DNA of 64,000 bases, taken from Octopus sinensis (taxonomy: Eukaryota). The DNA is taken from the NCBI RefSeq assembly GCF_006345805.1, contig NW_021833745.1, positions 1 to 64,000 of the forward strand. Direction: 5' to 3'. Below are positions 12,214 through 26,771 of the stretch, piece by piece. The position numbers and the translations under genes are program-made. Each line of letters opens with the position of its first letter. The first letter of the stretch is position 1. The notes under the pieces were generated by a model. The model made no database searches, had not been told where the DNA came from, and worked only from the letters and a program-made list of their open reading frames with translations.

Positions 12214-12871
12214 CAAAAGTTATCATTCTGTTTAATAGATGTTTTACGTATGATACATTAGTTCTTTTTTTAATTCTTAAATTCTTCCTTTAACTTTTGT
12301 TCATACTATACCCGCGTGTCCTTGTATCTCTGTCAATGTGTATGTGCGTGTGAGCTTGGAAGTGTGCGGTGAAGTGCGAGGTTGTGTATGTGGAAAATAA
12401 CGAATTGAAACTGAGAGGAAGGTGGAAAGGTGGAGATGAGGAGAGAGATAGAGAGAGAGAATTAGAAAGAGAGGCAGGGAAAGGAGGAGGAGAGAGAGAG
12501 AGATGAGATGTGAGGATATCCATCCTTTATAAAAGTTAATGTATCATTTATGTTTTCAATCATCTCAGAATTCTTTATATAACCCCACTGGAACAATATT
12601 CTGTCTGTACGTCAAGTAGAGTCTTATGTTTTCATTTTGTGTTTACTCATTTTCTCTATCATTTCCCAGTGAAGCTGAACAGTAAAAGAAAAGCAAAAAT
12701 AATGAAATATCATGACACATACACTCATTTATATACGTATATATATATACACACACAACCATATATATATATATATATATTGATAAAGATGGTAAGACAA
12801 ATATATATATGTATGTATATATGTATGCATATATATATATATATATATGTACGTATATATATATATATGTG

Positions 12872-12902
<31 letters not shown>

Positions 12903-13004
12903 GTACGTATATATATATATATATATGATATATATATATATATGTGTGTGTATATATATATATGTGTGTGTGTATATAATGTATATATATCTATATATAT
13001 GTAT

Positions 13005-13158
13005 TTTCCATTTTATTATCATTATTATTATTTATTATTATTATTATTATTATTATCATTATTATTATTATTATTAGTAGTAGTAGTAGTAGTAGTAGTT
13101 GTAGTAGTAGTAGTAGTTGTGGAAGTGGTAGTGTTGGTGGTGGTGGTAGTAGCAACAG
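13005..13158. repeat. Compound triplet microsatellite (TTA)n-(GTA)n-(GTG)n
   Basis: Direct reading. Confidence 0.9.
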
Positions 13159-13722
13159 TACATCCTTTGTCTTTTGTTTTTCTTTTCGGAAATATATCTT
13201 TTTTTTTCAGTTGTAATTTTGTTTTAAAATATTTTCTTTGTTTTGATTTTTTGCTTCTTTTTTTACCTCATTTTCGCTTTGTATAGTAAGTAGTAAAATA
13301 TAAAGGCGACATTAGATTTTACTATATTTGAGGTAAGATTTTTTTATTATATATATATATATATATATAATATACATATATATATATGTATATATGCACA
13401 CATACACCCACATATGTGGCTATTTATAACCACACGAGTGCGTGTTTGAGAGCTTGCGTGTGTATTTGTGTGTCTGTGTGATGTCTGTGCGTGCATGTTT
13501 GTTCGTGTGTGTGTGTATGTGTGTTTGATATGAATCAGGTTTCATTTTAGTTTTTGCGACATCATATTCTCGCCCACATTGGTTTCATTAACAAGCAATA
13601 GATTGTGCCGTAAATCAATGGTCTCATGTGCTTCTCGATTCTTTTATTCCATACTAAAGCTTCTATTCTGATGTTATGCTTATCACGTATATTCCACTCG
13701 TACCGTAAGATACTGGTGGTTA

Positions 13723-14457
13723 GGGGATTTCGAACACGTATGATTTTCTGTTTATTTAATAACTATGCACGTTTCAGTGACTATATCAGTAAACATCGAT
13801 GTAAATTTTTGTCAAACTATGCCAAAGTTCTCAAAATTATTTCCCGTAAATTTGTGCAAAAATGCAAAACTGTTCTCAAAATTTGAAAGTAAATATTGGA
13901 CGGTGGGATCTTGAAAGTAAATATTGAAATAAGATAAGGGTAATTGAAAGACTACTTTATGTACTAACAACACGTTTAATTACCCTCTGTAATATCACGA
14001 TTCATTGTTGAGATGATCGTTTGTATCGCTCCTTTAACTCATCGTTTTATGTTTCATCTATAGCCGTACCTTATCAGATTAGAAGCTGCTTGGTTGCTTC
14101 TTTTTGTGTCAAGCTTTATTCTAACAGATGTTGAAATTAAGAGTAAACACGTCTGTGGAATTTTCCAGAGATTTACACGTTTACTCAGAAGTAGTTACTT
14201 CTGTTTATCTAACAAACGAATTCTCTTCGACAAAAGACGGAGATCCGACCGTCTAATGTTTACTTTCATGATCCGACCGTCCAGTATTTACTTTCAAATT
14301 TTGAGAACAGTTTTCCATTTTTGCGCAAATTTACGGGAACTAATTTCGAGATCTTTGACATAGTTTGACAAAAATTTATATCGATGTTTACTGATATAGT
14401 CACTGAAACGTGCATAGTTATTAAATAAACAGAACATCATACGTGTTCGAAATCCCC
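13723..14457. mobile_element. MITE, 735 bp, with about 200-bp TIRs containing subterminal tandem repeats
   Basis: TTA|GGGGATTTCGAACACGTATGA ... TCATACGTGTTCGAAATCCCC|TAA; arms align for about 200 bp; about 27-bp repeat TGAAAGTAAATATTGGACGGT(C/G)GGATC in both arms. Confidence 0.85.
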
Positions 14458-14530
14458 TAAGCACAAGTATTTTGTTATGTTAATTAATATAACATGCCAG
14501 AGCAATTTTCAAAAAATATAATTCTTTCTA

Positions 14531-14943
14531 TTCTTTCATTCTTTAACTTGTTTCAATCATTTGATTGTGGCACTGCTGGAGAATACCCTTTAGTCGAGCA
14601 AATCGACCCCAGGACTTATTCTTTGTAAGCCTATTACTTATTCTATCGGTCTCTTTTGCCGAACCTCTAAGTTACGAAGACATAAATACACCAGCATCGG
14701 TTGTCAAGCGATGGTGGGGGGACAAACACAGACACACAAACACACGCATACCTACATATATATATTTATATACATATATACGACAGGTTTCTTTCAGCTT
14801 CCGTCTACCAAATCCCACTCACATGGCTTTGGTCGGTCCGAGGCTATAGTAGAAGACACTTGCCCAAGGTGCCACGCACTTGGACTGAACTCGGACCATG
14901 TGGTTCGTAAGCAAGCTACTTACCACACAGCCACTCGAACGCC
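14531..14943 (-). mobile_element. SINE family A, full length
   Basis: Homology to 1799-2214. Confidence 0.9.
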
Positions 14944-15967
14944 TATAATGATAAATTATTAGAACAAGTACATGAAGGAGATTTGAAAACTTCTCTAGTA
15001 TATTGTATTTGTGTTATATTTCATATTGCGCCATGAATTAAGTTCGAAATTCGTTTTAAAAGAATCTGTTGCATAACAATAAATTTAATTGTGTTAACTA
15101 TAAACCGGCTTCGTATATTGTTGGTCAGAAATTCTAAAACAGTCTTAAATTTGCCTTGTTATTACTTCTTCTCAACAATTTTGTGTTTGTACTGTTTTAT
15201 TTGTATATAGACACATTATTACAGGAAATTTCTAAATTCCAAATTTATAAGCAGTGCCCGTAATATTGCTTTGGGATCGTGGGTGAGGATCGGTTCACTT
15301 CACCTACCGTGATTTTGTTTGGACTGTTTATTATCGTTCATTTCAAAAGCAAAACATTATAAATATTGTAAACACTTTTGATTCTTTATCCATTTAGTCC
15401 AATATCTGTTGGCTTTATACTTGTAAAACTTACACACTCTAAAACGTACACACACACACACGTACGCACGAATACACACACGCGTGCACACACACATATG
15501 TCTGCATATATATATATATATATTATACACACCTTTCGTGATCCATGAACTCAATAATGTCTTAGGTACCAGGATCGATATATTTCATCGTTCCCCTTTC
15601 CAAAATTCCAGGCTTTAGGCATATAAGAACAACTCTCTTCATGAAGCTAGGCAAGTATTTTTTTATGATTTATTTTTTCTTCTACTTTTGAGAGGGGATT
15701 CGCAGCTTTAAAAGAAATGAGATTTAATACTTAGACCCCAAAACTTCTTTTAAAATTACTTTGGAATACAGTGGGATTGAACTCCCGAGCCATAACCCAC
15801 GTTATTGAAAGCAAGACATTTTAGCACAAACACACACACACACACACACACGCACACACATACATTTCATATGAATCGATGTCCATATATGTACTGTTAC
15901 CCCGCCTTATATTTTCACCGGTAATTAAACCAATATTATTCAATATAGTTTTGTAATAATCTTTTGT

Positions 15968-16170
15968 AATTGAGACACAAGGCTTGAAAGATTTTAGCGG
16001 GCAGTGCTTAATCGATCACATCGAACCCAACACTCACTGGTACTTATTTAATAGACTCCGAAAGAAAAGAAAATGATTTCTGTGTTATTTGAACACAGAA
16101 CGTAAAAACCAATGAAAAGGCCCTAACCATTTTGTCCGGGTCGGTTATGATTTTCTAACTTACCACCTTT
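15968..16170 (-). mobile_element. SINE family B, old diverged copy
   Basis: ATCGATCACATCGAACCCAA...CTGGTACTTATTT matches the family B central domain on minus. Confidence 0.6.
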
Positions 16171-17461
16171 ATTTAGACCTAATATGCGACTAAACGTTAA
16201 AATGTAGACCATTTTATTGTTTCAAGATCTACCATTTATTCCAGACAATGTTTCAACTTATTTTACCCTGTTATATCTTAATTTATTTATTTGACAATTA
16301 TTTATATCATTTATATGTTGTTGAATAACTGTAAACTTAACTATTTTAACCATAAACCTAATGCCTTTTCTCACTTTTACAGTTACGTACTCGAAAATAT
16401 ACTAAATATATTTTAGTTCACGTAAATGTTAACGCGTTAATTTGATAAAATCTAACTTCACCAAGTTAACGCGTGTCAGACGGGAGCATGAATATAGACA
16501 TATATGCCCTTAAGAAGATTCATATATCGATGAATGTGAATAATAATATGATATGTTTTGGTCAATTAAGCACGAATTATTGATCTTCTACTATATACTA
16601 AATAACTACATCCACACGAAGGTTCTGAGATTCGACTATGATACTGTGCGTATGCGTCAGCGCTTGAATATATATATATAAATAATAATAGGGTGAAAAG
16701 AATTATAGAAATTATTATTATCAGTGGCATAGCACAGAAAAATTAGTCCATAGAGTATATATTATTCATATAAAAATAGGAAAGCCTTGTGCTAGAAAGA
16801 GAAGTAGAAAACTCAAACCACTAATTCTTGAAAAGAATGAAAATTAAAAACGTTTTCCATCTAATGTACTTCCTAGACCATGGGAATAGACACATCTCTA
16901 TTATATATATAAACGTATATATATATATTGATTATATATGTATGCATGTGTATGTATGTATATATGTAGTATATATATATATTATATATATATATATAAT
17001 ATTACATTATAAATATATACATATGCACACATACATATATGTATATACATATATAAACATTAATATATATTATATATATGTGCATGTGTATGTATGTATA
17101 TATATATTATATATATACATATATAAAAATATATACATATACACACATACATATATGTATATGTATATATATTTATATATATACATAGATATATACATAT
17201 ACACACATACATATATGTTATACGTATGTGTATATATGCATGTATATATATATATATACATGAAAGACGGGTTACTTTCAGTTTCTATCAAACAAACCCT
17301 TCCAAAAGGATTTGATCCTTCATGTAGCAGAATACAATCCTGTAAGGTGCTATGTCTTTGGGAGGCACACGTCTTATCACACAAACATGCAAACGATATT
17401 CTTTATTTATCATTGTTTATTTCACTCAACGTATGTGGTCTTGTCGTCACGCTTCGTTTAC

Positions 17462-17826
17462 TCTCTATATAAACGGCAGTTTGTCTGTGCGTCTTTCTGT
17501 GTTTTCTGTTTGCTTGCACCGCACCCTGACCACGGCTTTCAAACCGATTCTGTGAAACTTGACACACACATGCCCAATGTCATAATTCAAAACTAACGCG
17601 GCGAAAATTTTGAAAAGTTCCTCCATTCTGAAAAATCGATATTCCACATGGGGTCGAGAATCAGAAACACGAACCACAAACTGCTAGGGGACGCAACTCC
17701 ACCTTTTTAAATCTCAAAAAATTACCATATTTTTTCCATTCTTTGCTATTTTTTGTCTATAACTCTCTAAAAATGCTTTATAGTTATTTCCCTTACAAAC
17801 CTGAGCAACGGCGGGCAATACTGCTG
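17462..17826 (+). mobile_element. Non-autonomous Helitron, decayed 3' end
   Basis: Colinear with 62553-62935; 3' hairpin and CTAG mutated (CCTGAGCAACGGCGGG...CTGCTGT). Confidence 0.8.
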
Positions 17827-18627
17827 TCAACACCATATATGATAACTGGTGAATAACACTGTCATTTGCGATATATATTGGGGTTGCATGTCTTCGGTAG
17901 TAGAGATACACTTGTGGATTACTATGAAGCGTTCTGGCAATTATTCTGCAGACTGATATCTATGCTTGTACATACATATTTTCGATACGTACGAAGCTTG
18001 AAGTGATATTTGTTATGTAACAAACTTGAATATGGAACAACATTAAACTAATGGAATAAACATCTATTCTCTCACCTTTCTTCCCATACATACACCTGTG
18101 TGTAGGTGTGTGAACATTATTCAGTCTAGCTATGAAACGTTGCCGCTTGCATTCATATTTGTGGTTCAAAATGATGTTAAGTGATATTTGAAATTTTCGG
18201 TGGAATTTAAAATAAAAAAATAATCTGTCAACCAAAGAAAAAGAGAAAATAATCAAATATCAATTTGGGATGCAAAAAACTTTTTAAAATTAACGAAAAC
18301 AAATGATGTATCTACTATATGCATACGCAAATACACGTTTATATATATGCACAAATATTCGTATCTAAGCGCATGCATAAAGTACATATACGTTAATACA
18401 GCAACATGTATCAACATCGCAAACACCCATAACTGAACGTACAGAGATGAATTTATTTGATGAAGGAACAAAAAAATTCTCAATATATATATATGTGTGC
18501 GTGTATGTATATATATGATCTGATTAGATTTCTTCTGATGAATAAAATAATCTGTCCGCTTGTCGGTGTGTCTGCTTATTTGCTGTTACTCTGCTTTCCA
18601 TTTTACTCCCTCCCTTTATGTCTTACT

Positions 18628-18658
<31 letters not shown>

Positions 18659-18746
18659 GTCACCGTATTCGTTGCACTCAAACGCGTATACACATGCACA
18701 CTCTATCTTTCTTTCTTGTCTCTTACACTTACCACATATTATATAC

Positions 18747-18806
<60 letters not shown>

Positions 18807-19386
18807 GTATTATATATATAATATATATTATATATATATATATATATTATAATATATATATATAATATGTGTACAGAGAGAGAAAGAGAGGGACGCACTC
18901 GCAAACACGTGATCCAAAAATGTAGACACAAGGATGCATGGCCAGTGTGTAATCATATATTTATGTATGCTTGCTTGTAGAAACACAGATTCACAAAGAG
19001 TAGAATAGGATAAACGAGTATGCCTGTGTTCGTATGAATAACTTTGTACGTAGAAGTTTATATATATGTGTATATATGTATGCATATACATATATATATA
19101 CATGTGTGTGTCTATGCATGTTTGTGTATATGTATGCCTATGCATACATACATTCATACACACACACAAACCACATAGATACACTTACCACACACACACA
19201 CACACATACACATACACACACGCACTCACATACATATATATTCGATTGTGTGTCTACATGTATTCTCAAAAGATCGTTTCTGTGTGCTTTGAAGTGCGTT
19301 TTAACTTTTTTTTTAAATAAATCTATTTTTTTCATCTCTACTTGTGACATCTCTACTTGTATAGTGTGCGTATGTACATACACACT

Positions 19387-19433
<47 letters not shown>

Positions 19434-19566
19434 GTTTAGATATATGTTGATAGATATGTATGTATATGGATATGTAAGGTAATGAACCTAGATAGAGATA
19501 AATACATGCATATATGTATATATATATTATATATCCTGTCAGTATACATATGTATTTATGTATATG

Positions 19567-19597
<31 letters not shown>

Positions 19598-20250
19598 CTA
19601 TATATATATATATACATACACATATATATATTATGTATGTATATATATATATATACATATATCCTGACAGTAGATATGTATGTGTGTGTGCGCGCCGTGC
19701 ATAGTCATCGTTTCACAATTCTCCTTTGCTCCATTTTATGTTTTTATCTTAAACTATTTTTTCTTCAACAAAATTGAAAACTGATATTAAATAATATAAC
19801 TGGGGAAATGTAAAAAAACAAAAAAAAAACGCCTTTCCAATATGAAAATAACAGTAATATTTCTCGTGTTGCATTTCTTTATTGTGTTACTATTTTTACA
19901 TATTACGTTTAGATGTATTTAATATGTACATACATATGTGTATACACACGTGATTATAACACACACACAACCCGAAAACAGCAGCCACATCTACACACGT
20001 AAAGGGTAACACAACATATATGAGAGGGTGTACATGTTTGTGTGTATCCACGTATGAATCTATATGCATGTATGTATAGACGTATATTTGATTTTTATAT
20101 TCAGCCATCACCCACGTGAATAAATGTGTTTATACATAGGTGTGTAGAGGTGTGTATATACATATATCTCTTTGTTTTTATATTAGTTTTCTATTTTTAT
20201 AGTTGCTATATACAATGCATTCTTTGATATATATATATATATATATATAT

Positions 20251-20285
<35 letters not shown>

Positions 20286-20411
20286 CTGTATATATATATA
20301 CACATAAACATATATATATATATATCTGTATATATATAAATATTAATATATATATATATATATTATATATATATACACACACCACACAACACACATATAT
20401 ATATATTATAT

Positions 20412-20458
<47 letters not shown>

Positions 20459-20810
20459 GGATTCAGTAACTCAGTGTGGAGTGTTTTTTAACTCTTTTTA
20501 AATGTCTTTCGTTTCATCCGTCGTATTAAAATTTAGGACGGATTCTTGCAGAGATAGAATGTTGTATGACTAGAATTTATTTAATATGTATAATAAAGGA
20601 TTTGACATTCAATTCTTTCGAAATATCTTGTATTTTGTCACCGTACTCTTAACACATTTAATTTTCAAATAACGTGTGATAGTTTTACACTTCCATTTTA
20701 GACTCTATGTTTCAAGCTTTTGAACTTGATAGTGAACATGCTTGAAATATTAACGCGTTAAATGATAGTTATAGGGGAGTGTGTAAGTCGATATTTTAGG
20801 CACGTGCAAA

Positions 20811-21420
20811 CCGGCGAGCTGGTAACATCGTTAGGACGACGGGCAATACTTCGTTTCATTCGTCTTTACGCTTTCAGATCAACTGCCTTCCAGGTCGACT
20901 TTGCCTGTCAACCTTTCAGTGTCCAAAAAATCTGAATCAGTTGAACACAGGTGTCTATGTAATCGACTTACACCCTCCACAAAATTGGAGAGCAAGGCGG
21001 TGAGATAGTAGAATGTATAGGATGCCGGGAAAAACTGTTCGCGGTATTTCGTTGGTCTTTAGGTTATACCTTGAAATACCACCGGGATCTACTTTGCCGT
21101 TTATAATTTTGGGGTTGATTAAATGTGTACAAGGTGAACAGTGAGATCGATGCAAATGACTAACACAAAATTGGTGGCCTTCTGCCAAAATTTGAAATAA
21201 ATTTTTTATTCGGCAAAAGGTAGCGAGCTGGCAGAATCGCAACCGCGCTAGTTAAAACGTCCATGCTTATGTTCATCGTTCACGTTACACCGTGGTCGAT
21301 TTTGCATTCCTTCATTCTGGGGCGATAAAAGGAGTGCGTGCCACGTACTAGGGTCGATGTAATCGAATTGCCCCCTCATCCAAAATTGTTGGCCTTGTGC
21401 CAAAATTGGAAACTAATATT
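20811..21420 (+). mobile_element. Three head-to-tail old SINE B copies (20811-20990, 20993-21200, 21215-21420)
   Basis: Repeated GGCG(G/A)GAG heads and TCGAC/TCTAC-TTTGC central domains. Confidence 0.65.
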
Positions 21421-21570
21421 TTAGACGGAATGGTTACCACGCAGGGCATAAATTTTTAACGATATATTCTCCATCTTTAGGTTGAGTTCAAATTCCGCCG
21501 AGGTCGACTTTGAATTGCATGTTTCCATGCGTCGAAAAGATATGTACCAGCTAAATATTGGGGTCACTAT

Positions 21571-21752
21571 AATCTTGAAAAATTTCTGCAGAACGCCAGT
21601 AAATTTTTTTCGGGGTGGGGGCTATGTCGATTATATATTTCTTTACTACCCACAATGTTTAGCCCCTTGTGGGTAGTAAAGAAATATATAATCGACATAG
21701 ACCCCCCCCCCGAAAAAAAATTACTGGCGTTGTGCAGAAATTATTCAAGATT
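21571..21752. repeat. Fold-back inverted repeat, arms about 85 bp, 11-nt loop, built on a SINE B tail
   Basis: 21622-21655 is the exact reverse complement of 21667-21700; outer arms are imperfect. Confidence 0.9.
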
Positions 21753-21811
21753 TTATGTGATTAATTATACAATGCTTGTATTATAGATCTTGTACATTTT
21801 AAAAATTATTT

Positions 21812-21937
21812 TATCAGCTCTGAGGAAATGGAAGGCAAATTCGACCTCGATAGTATTTTAATCTAGAACTTAAAACCGGAAGAAATGCATCCAGCTGTCT
21901 TTACAGCATGCGAAAGATTCTGCCAGCTAGTTGCCTT
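21812..21937 (-). mobile_element. SINE B 5' fragment, diverged
   Basis: GATTCTGCCAGCTAGTTGCC and AAGGCAAATTCGACCTCG on plus. Confidence 0.6.
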
Positions 21938-22222
21938 GATGATGAAGATGACAACGACGACGTCGATGACAAAAGATGCCGATGAACGACGGCGACGTCA
22001 GCGATGATGATGGCGATGATGGTGGTGTTGGAGGGGGTTATGACGCTGGTGCTGCTGCTGCTGCTGATGATGATGATGATAATGTTGGCGATGGTGGTGG
22101 TGATCGTTGTGATGATCATGATGATGAGGAGGAGGAAGAAGAGGAGGAGGAGGAGGAAGAGGAGGAGGAGGGGAAGAAGAAGAAGAAGAAGAGGAGGAGG
22201 AGGAGTGGGATGTTGATGATGT
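21938..22222. repeat. Compound triplet low-complexity tract (GAT/GAC/GGT/GCT/GAG/AAG)
   Basis: Direct reading. Confidence 0.9.
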
Positions 22223-22503
22223 TTAAAAAATATTGAGGTGTACCAACACTACCACCTCTAACAAGAAGGCATGCTGCATCATCAGCGAAACCATACGAGC
22301 ATCTAGTGCAATGAACAGACCAAATTGCATCACAGGATGTCCGCTTAGAATAATACAAAAGAACATATATTCAACAATAGAAAATTTGACTTCATTTCAT
22401 AATTAACGGTAAACCTGTGTGTGATGAGTAGTCTATCGGTAACGTAGGTGTATGTCGAACGCTCGTCGGATAATTGTTGTTTGCGGCCAAATGACATCCC
22501 CTT

Positions 22504-22878
22504 ATGGCCCAGTGGTTAGGGCAGCGGACTCGCGGTCATAGGATCGCGGTTTCGATTCCTAGACCGGGCGTTGTGAGTGTTTATTGAGCGAAAACACCTA
22601 AAAGCTCCACGAGGCTCCGGTAGGGGATGGTGGTGATCCCTGCTGTACTCTTTCACCACAACTTTCTCTCACTCTTACTTCCTGTTTCTGTTGCACCTGT
22701 ATTTCAAAGGGCCGGCCTTGTCACTCTCTTTGTGACGCTGAATATCCCCGAGAACTACATTAAGGGTACACGTGTCTGTGGAGTGCTCAGTCACTTACAC
22801 GTTAATTTCACGAGCAGGCTGTTCCTTTGATTTGGATCAACCGGAACCCTGGTCGTCGTAACCGACGGAGTGCTTCCA
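22504..22878 (+). mobile_element. SINE family C (tRNA-derived head, about 380 bp)
   Basis: A-box TGGCCCAGTGG, B-box GGTTTCGATTCC; highly similar to 26391-26771 and 35331-35687. Confidence 0.9.
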
Positions 22879-25011
22879 TATATTGAAAGAGAGACAGCAG
22901 TAGGTGGAAGTTAAATCAAATAAAAGATAGTTAAGACGACAGAGGAAAATTATAGCTAGAAAATATACAGAGAATCTTCATACATTTCCTGAAGAGTGGG
23001 TCCTCAATACTGCAGTAGTCCTACCGGGCGATAGCGGTCGGGCTGCTGTATGAACTTTCCAACATATGAAATAATTTCCGAGGTCACTTGTTTTGATGTT
23101 AAGCCAAATGTAAAATGTTTATGGTCGATATACATAGACCAGAAGAAATAAAAACACTACGCTCACGTATTTATTGATGTAATTTGAAGCAACATGTTAA
23201 ATCAACTAGCTATTTCTTACAAGATGGACGAGCTGGTTAACTGCTTTGAACAGCAAGAGGTTAGATATACATTTTGTAACTAATGTTTGATTAACTAAGT
23301 AGTGCTAGATTAATAAAAAAATATAAGTCATCTTAGATTAAGAAACTTCTCTCGAATAACTGAATTAGAGAAACAGAGATATACTTTTCTTGGCTGTTGC
23401 TATCACACGAATTTGAGCATGAATATAATAGATATAATCGAAGGATAACATCATAAATATCATTATCAATAACAGAAAGGCTGCCCGGGTAGCTACATTC
23501 GGTCATGTACCTTATTAGAAATAATAGCCAAATTCCTTCAAACTACAATCTACAGATTGAAAAAATGTCTGTCTGTGTCAAACAAACAACCAAGGTGGAC
23601 ATGGCTGAAATAGTTTTAATTATATATCAGCCACACTATGATTGATGGATCAGCCTGCAGCAGAATCAAGAACAAAAATTACTTATGCCAACACCAACGG
23701 TAATATCAACAACATCTACATCTTGACGAGTAACAACATCACGAATGAAAGCAAAATCGTAAACAACAAAAATAATAGACCCGAGAACAGCAAGAATAAC
23801 AATAGCAATAATAACTAGAAGACTTTAAAGAGAAACGATACATAGAGCAATATTTAAAGAAATATTTATGGAAAATGTTACTTTGTTTTCGGCAAAAATA
23901 ACAGACGATGTGAGAAACCCTATCCAAGCAGAATTGATGAGAAAAAAAAGAAGGAAAACGAACGAAAACCCATCGAGTTGACAATGATTGAAGACATTAG
24001 AAGAGTTTATTTACAATGTAACAAACCAGCTTTCTCTCAAATATATTTCTTGTTTATATTTCATTTTCGTGACCATCAAAGCAATATCTTGGGAATATAA
24101 AGAAAATAAATAGTTTTACACGTATCTGCAAATAATAAAATAGAAAAAAAAAGAAAGAAAAGGAGTAGAACAGAAATGTAACGAAAATAAAAGGAAATAT
24201 CTGCAAACTAGGAGAAACGGAAACATGGATATGAAGGAAAATAGGAAACAATAAAATTACCAATCTACAACAGATTATTGGATATGTTTGGATAGTTAAA
24301 GCGTAAGAAGATAAACAGCTTCAGCCACCACACCATGTAAGAACGTGATATAAAAGTGACAAAAACTTGTGTTCAGAAACAACAAATTGAGATCACTTCA
24401 CTACAAGTTATTAACTCTCTGGCAATATATATTAAAATGTACATCAAAAACACTCGAGGAAAATAATACGAGGATGTGCGCGATCCAAAGGAACAATTTT
24501 AACAACTAGGAAATCTGGATATTATTGAAGTAGCTGATTAGAAAAATGGATATGGATATATGAATCATGTATAAAATTTATTAGAAGGATCGATATGCAT
24601 CAAGGAGATGAGGTTTAAGCACGTAGTCAGGGCTTCATCGAGTGATGAGAGTAAGGAAGGAAAAGCAGGATCATTGGCGACAGCCACCTCCAGATAAGGA
24701 GGTAGAGTAGAGTGAATTCTACAGACGTAATGGAAGAATGGGTATGCTAAATCGGGTGACAGATTAATTTTCCGAATAAGGACAACGGGACATCTCTCGT
24801 TTCTAGGAAGATGTCTGAATGTAAGGTCAAAAGATTTTCTCTAGCCACACTGAACTAATTAGAGTTCGCATAATCACAATTTATGTCGACATGTCCGCTT
24901 ATGACTTGTTCTAACATAGTAGAACAATTAATAGAGAAACAACACACACACTCACACACGGGCGCCCACATACATACACGTACGCCCAAATACCCACACA
25001 TGCATATATAC

Positions 25012-25053
<42 letters not shown>

Positions 25054-25056
25054 ATA

Positions 25057-25126
<70 letters not shown>

Positions 25127-25721
25127 CACTGATATCTATATAAATACTAGCATACTAGCTCGTTAACATAATCTCCATACGCACACACACAACACACAGA
25201 TAGAGAGAGGGAGACAAAGATAGAAGAAGAGAGGAAATGAAGTAGAGTAAGAGACAGACAGAGGAAGAGAAAGAGAGAAAAAGATAGAGGGAGAGAGAAA
25301 GAAAGAGAGAAAGAGAAAGAGAGAGAGAATTCACTGTCAGAAAATGGAATTCATGAAATTCTTATTCAAATCCACCGGAAAGACTTCCACTCATTCCGCA
25401 CCAGTGGCCCACAAAGGAGATATATATTCAATTGTTTTGCCTCACAGGCGCAGACTCCGTCTCAACACGTAAGTTTTTAAACAAGTACCTCATTCTAGTG
25501 GATTTGAATACAGAATGGAATGGATTCTATTTTCTGTCCCTATTCCATTTATATAAGCTGAAGTGACACACGCGACTTCTGGACGTAGAGCTTCAAGCAT
25601 ATGCATCGCGTCTGCTTTTGATACAAAGTAGCCACAAACAGGACGAGCTTTACACAGCTCCCTACAAGGTTTCTACCTATATATAATTTAACTACTATAT
25701 ATATATATATATTATATATAA

Positions 25722-25756
<35 letters not shown>

Positions 25757-25853
25757 GGTCCCGGTTGAGTCGGGGTTTACCACAGTAAAAAGGCACTCAA
25801 TACATAGCAGAGTAAAGTAATTTATTTTATAGAAGGAGCTTCTACAGGACTAG

Positions 25854-25903
<50 letters not shown>

Positions 25904-26390
25904 TAAGTAGATAGATAGATAGATAGATAGATGATAGATAGATAGATAGATAGATAGATTGATAGATAGATAGATATCTAGATATATTGCGCCTCTCTAT
26001 CTTTAAGTCTCATTCTGACTTTCTCTGATACCTATGTAGATTTTAATTTGCACTATTAAGAGAGTAATTGAAAAAGAATAAGAGAAGAAAAGAAAATCAT
26101 TCGCATTTAATTTCTAAAGGTTTTAAAGGAACAGAGACCAAAGGGGTTCATACTTTATTGAGGAGAGGAGCTGAAATAAGACCGAAATAACGTTATCTGC
26201 AACATCTAGGTATCTCAAAAAATGGAATTACATGGGAATACGACTTCATATTTCTTCTCTCTGATAAGAAAGCCTTTTTGTAATTATAATAAAGCAAAAA
26301 AAAAGGAAAAAAAAGACAAAAAATATTATAAAACCGTAGCAGTTTTCTCCCCTTAAATGTTAACTGCAGCACACCCTACTTGTTCTGATG

Positions 26391-26771
26391 TGGAGGGGCA
26401 ATGGCCCAGTTGTTAGGGCAGCGGACTCGCAGTCATAGGATGCGGTTTCGATTCCCAGACCGGGCGTTGTGAGTGTTTATTGAGCGAAAACACCTAAAGC
26501 TCCACTAGGCTCCGGTAGGGATGGTGGTGATCCCTGCTGTACTCTTTCACCACAGCTTTCTCTCAATCTTACTTCCTGTTTCTGTTGTACCTGTATTTCA
26601 AAGGGCCGGCCTTGTCAGTCTTTGTGTCACGCTGAATATCCCCGAGAACTACGTTAAGGGTACACGTGTCTGTGGAGTGCTCAGCCACTTACACGTTAAT
26701 TTCACGAGCAGGCTGTTCTGTTGATCGGATCAACCGGAACCCTCATCGTCGTAACCGACGGAGTGCTTCCA
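26391..26771 (+). mobile_element. SINE family C, full length
   Basis: Homology to 22504-22878; ends GTCGTAACCGACGGAGTGCTTCCA. Confidence 0.9.

Noticed and set aside
13720-13725. TTAGGG/CCCTAA as telomeric repeats
   Set aside because: Single hexamers at MITE ends, not tandem arrays
21976-22236. Acidic/basic low-complexity ORFs (poly-D/E/K; also 42243-42535, 54640-54918)
   Set aside because: Compound triplet microsatellites with no splice context or unique coding sequence
22504-22570. tRNA-like sequences at the SINE A, B and C heads
   Set aside because: A- and B-boxes are present but there is no complete cloverleaf, and each runs into a SINE body
22627-22830. ORF MVVIPAVLFHHNFLS..., also at 26521 and 35378
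   Set aside because: Internal to SINE C copies
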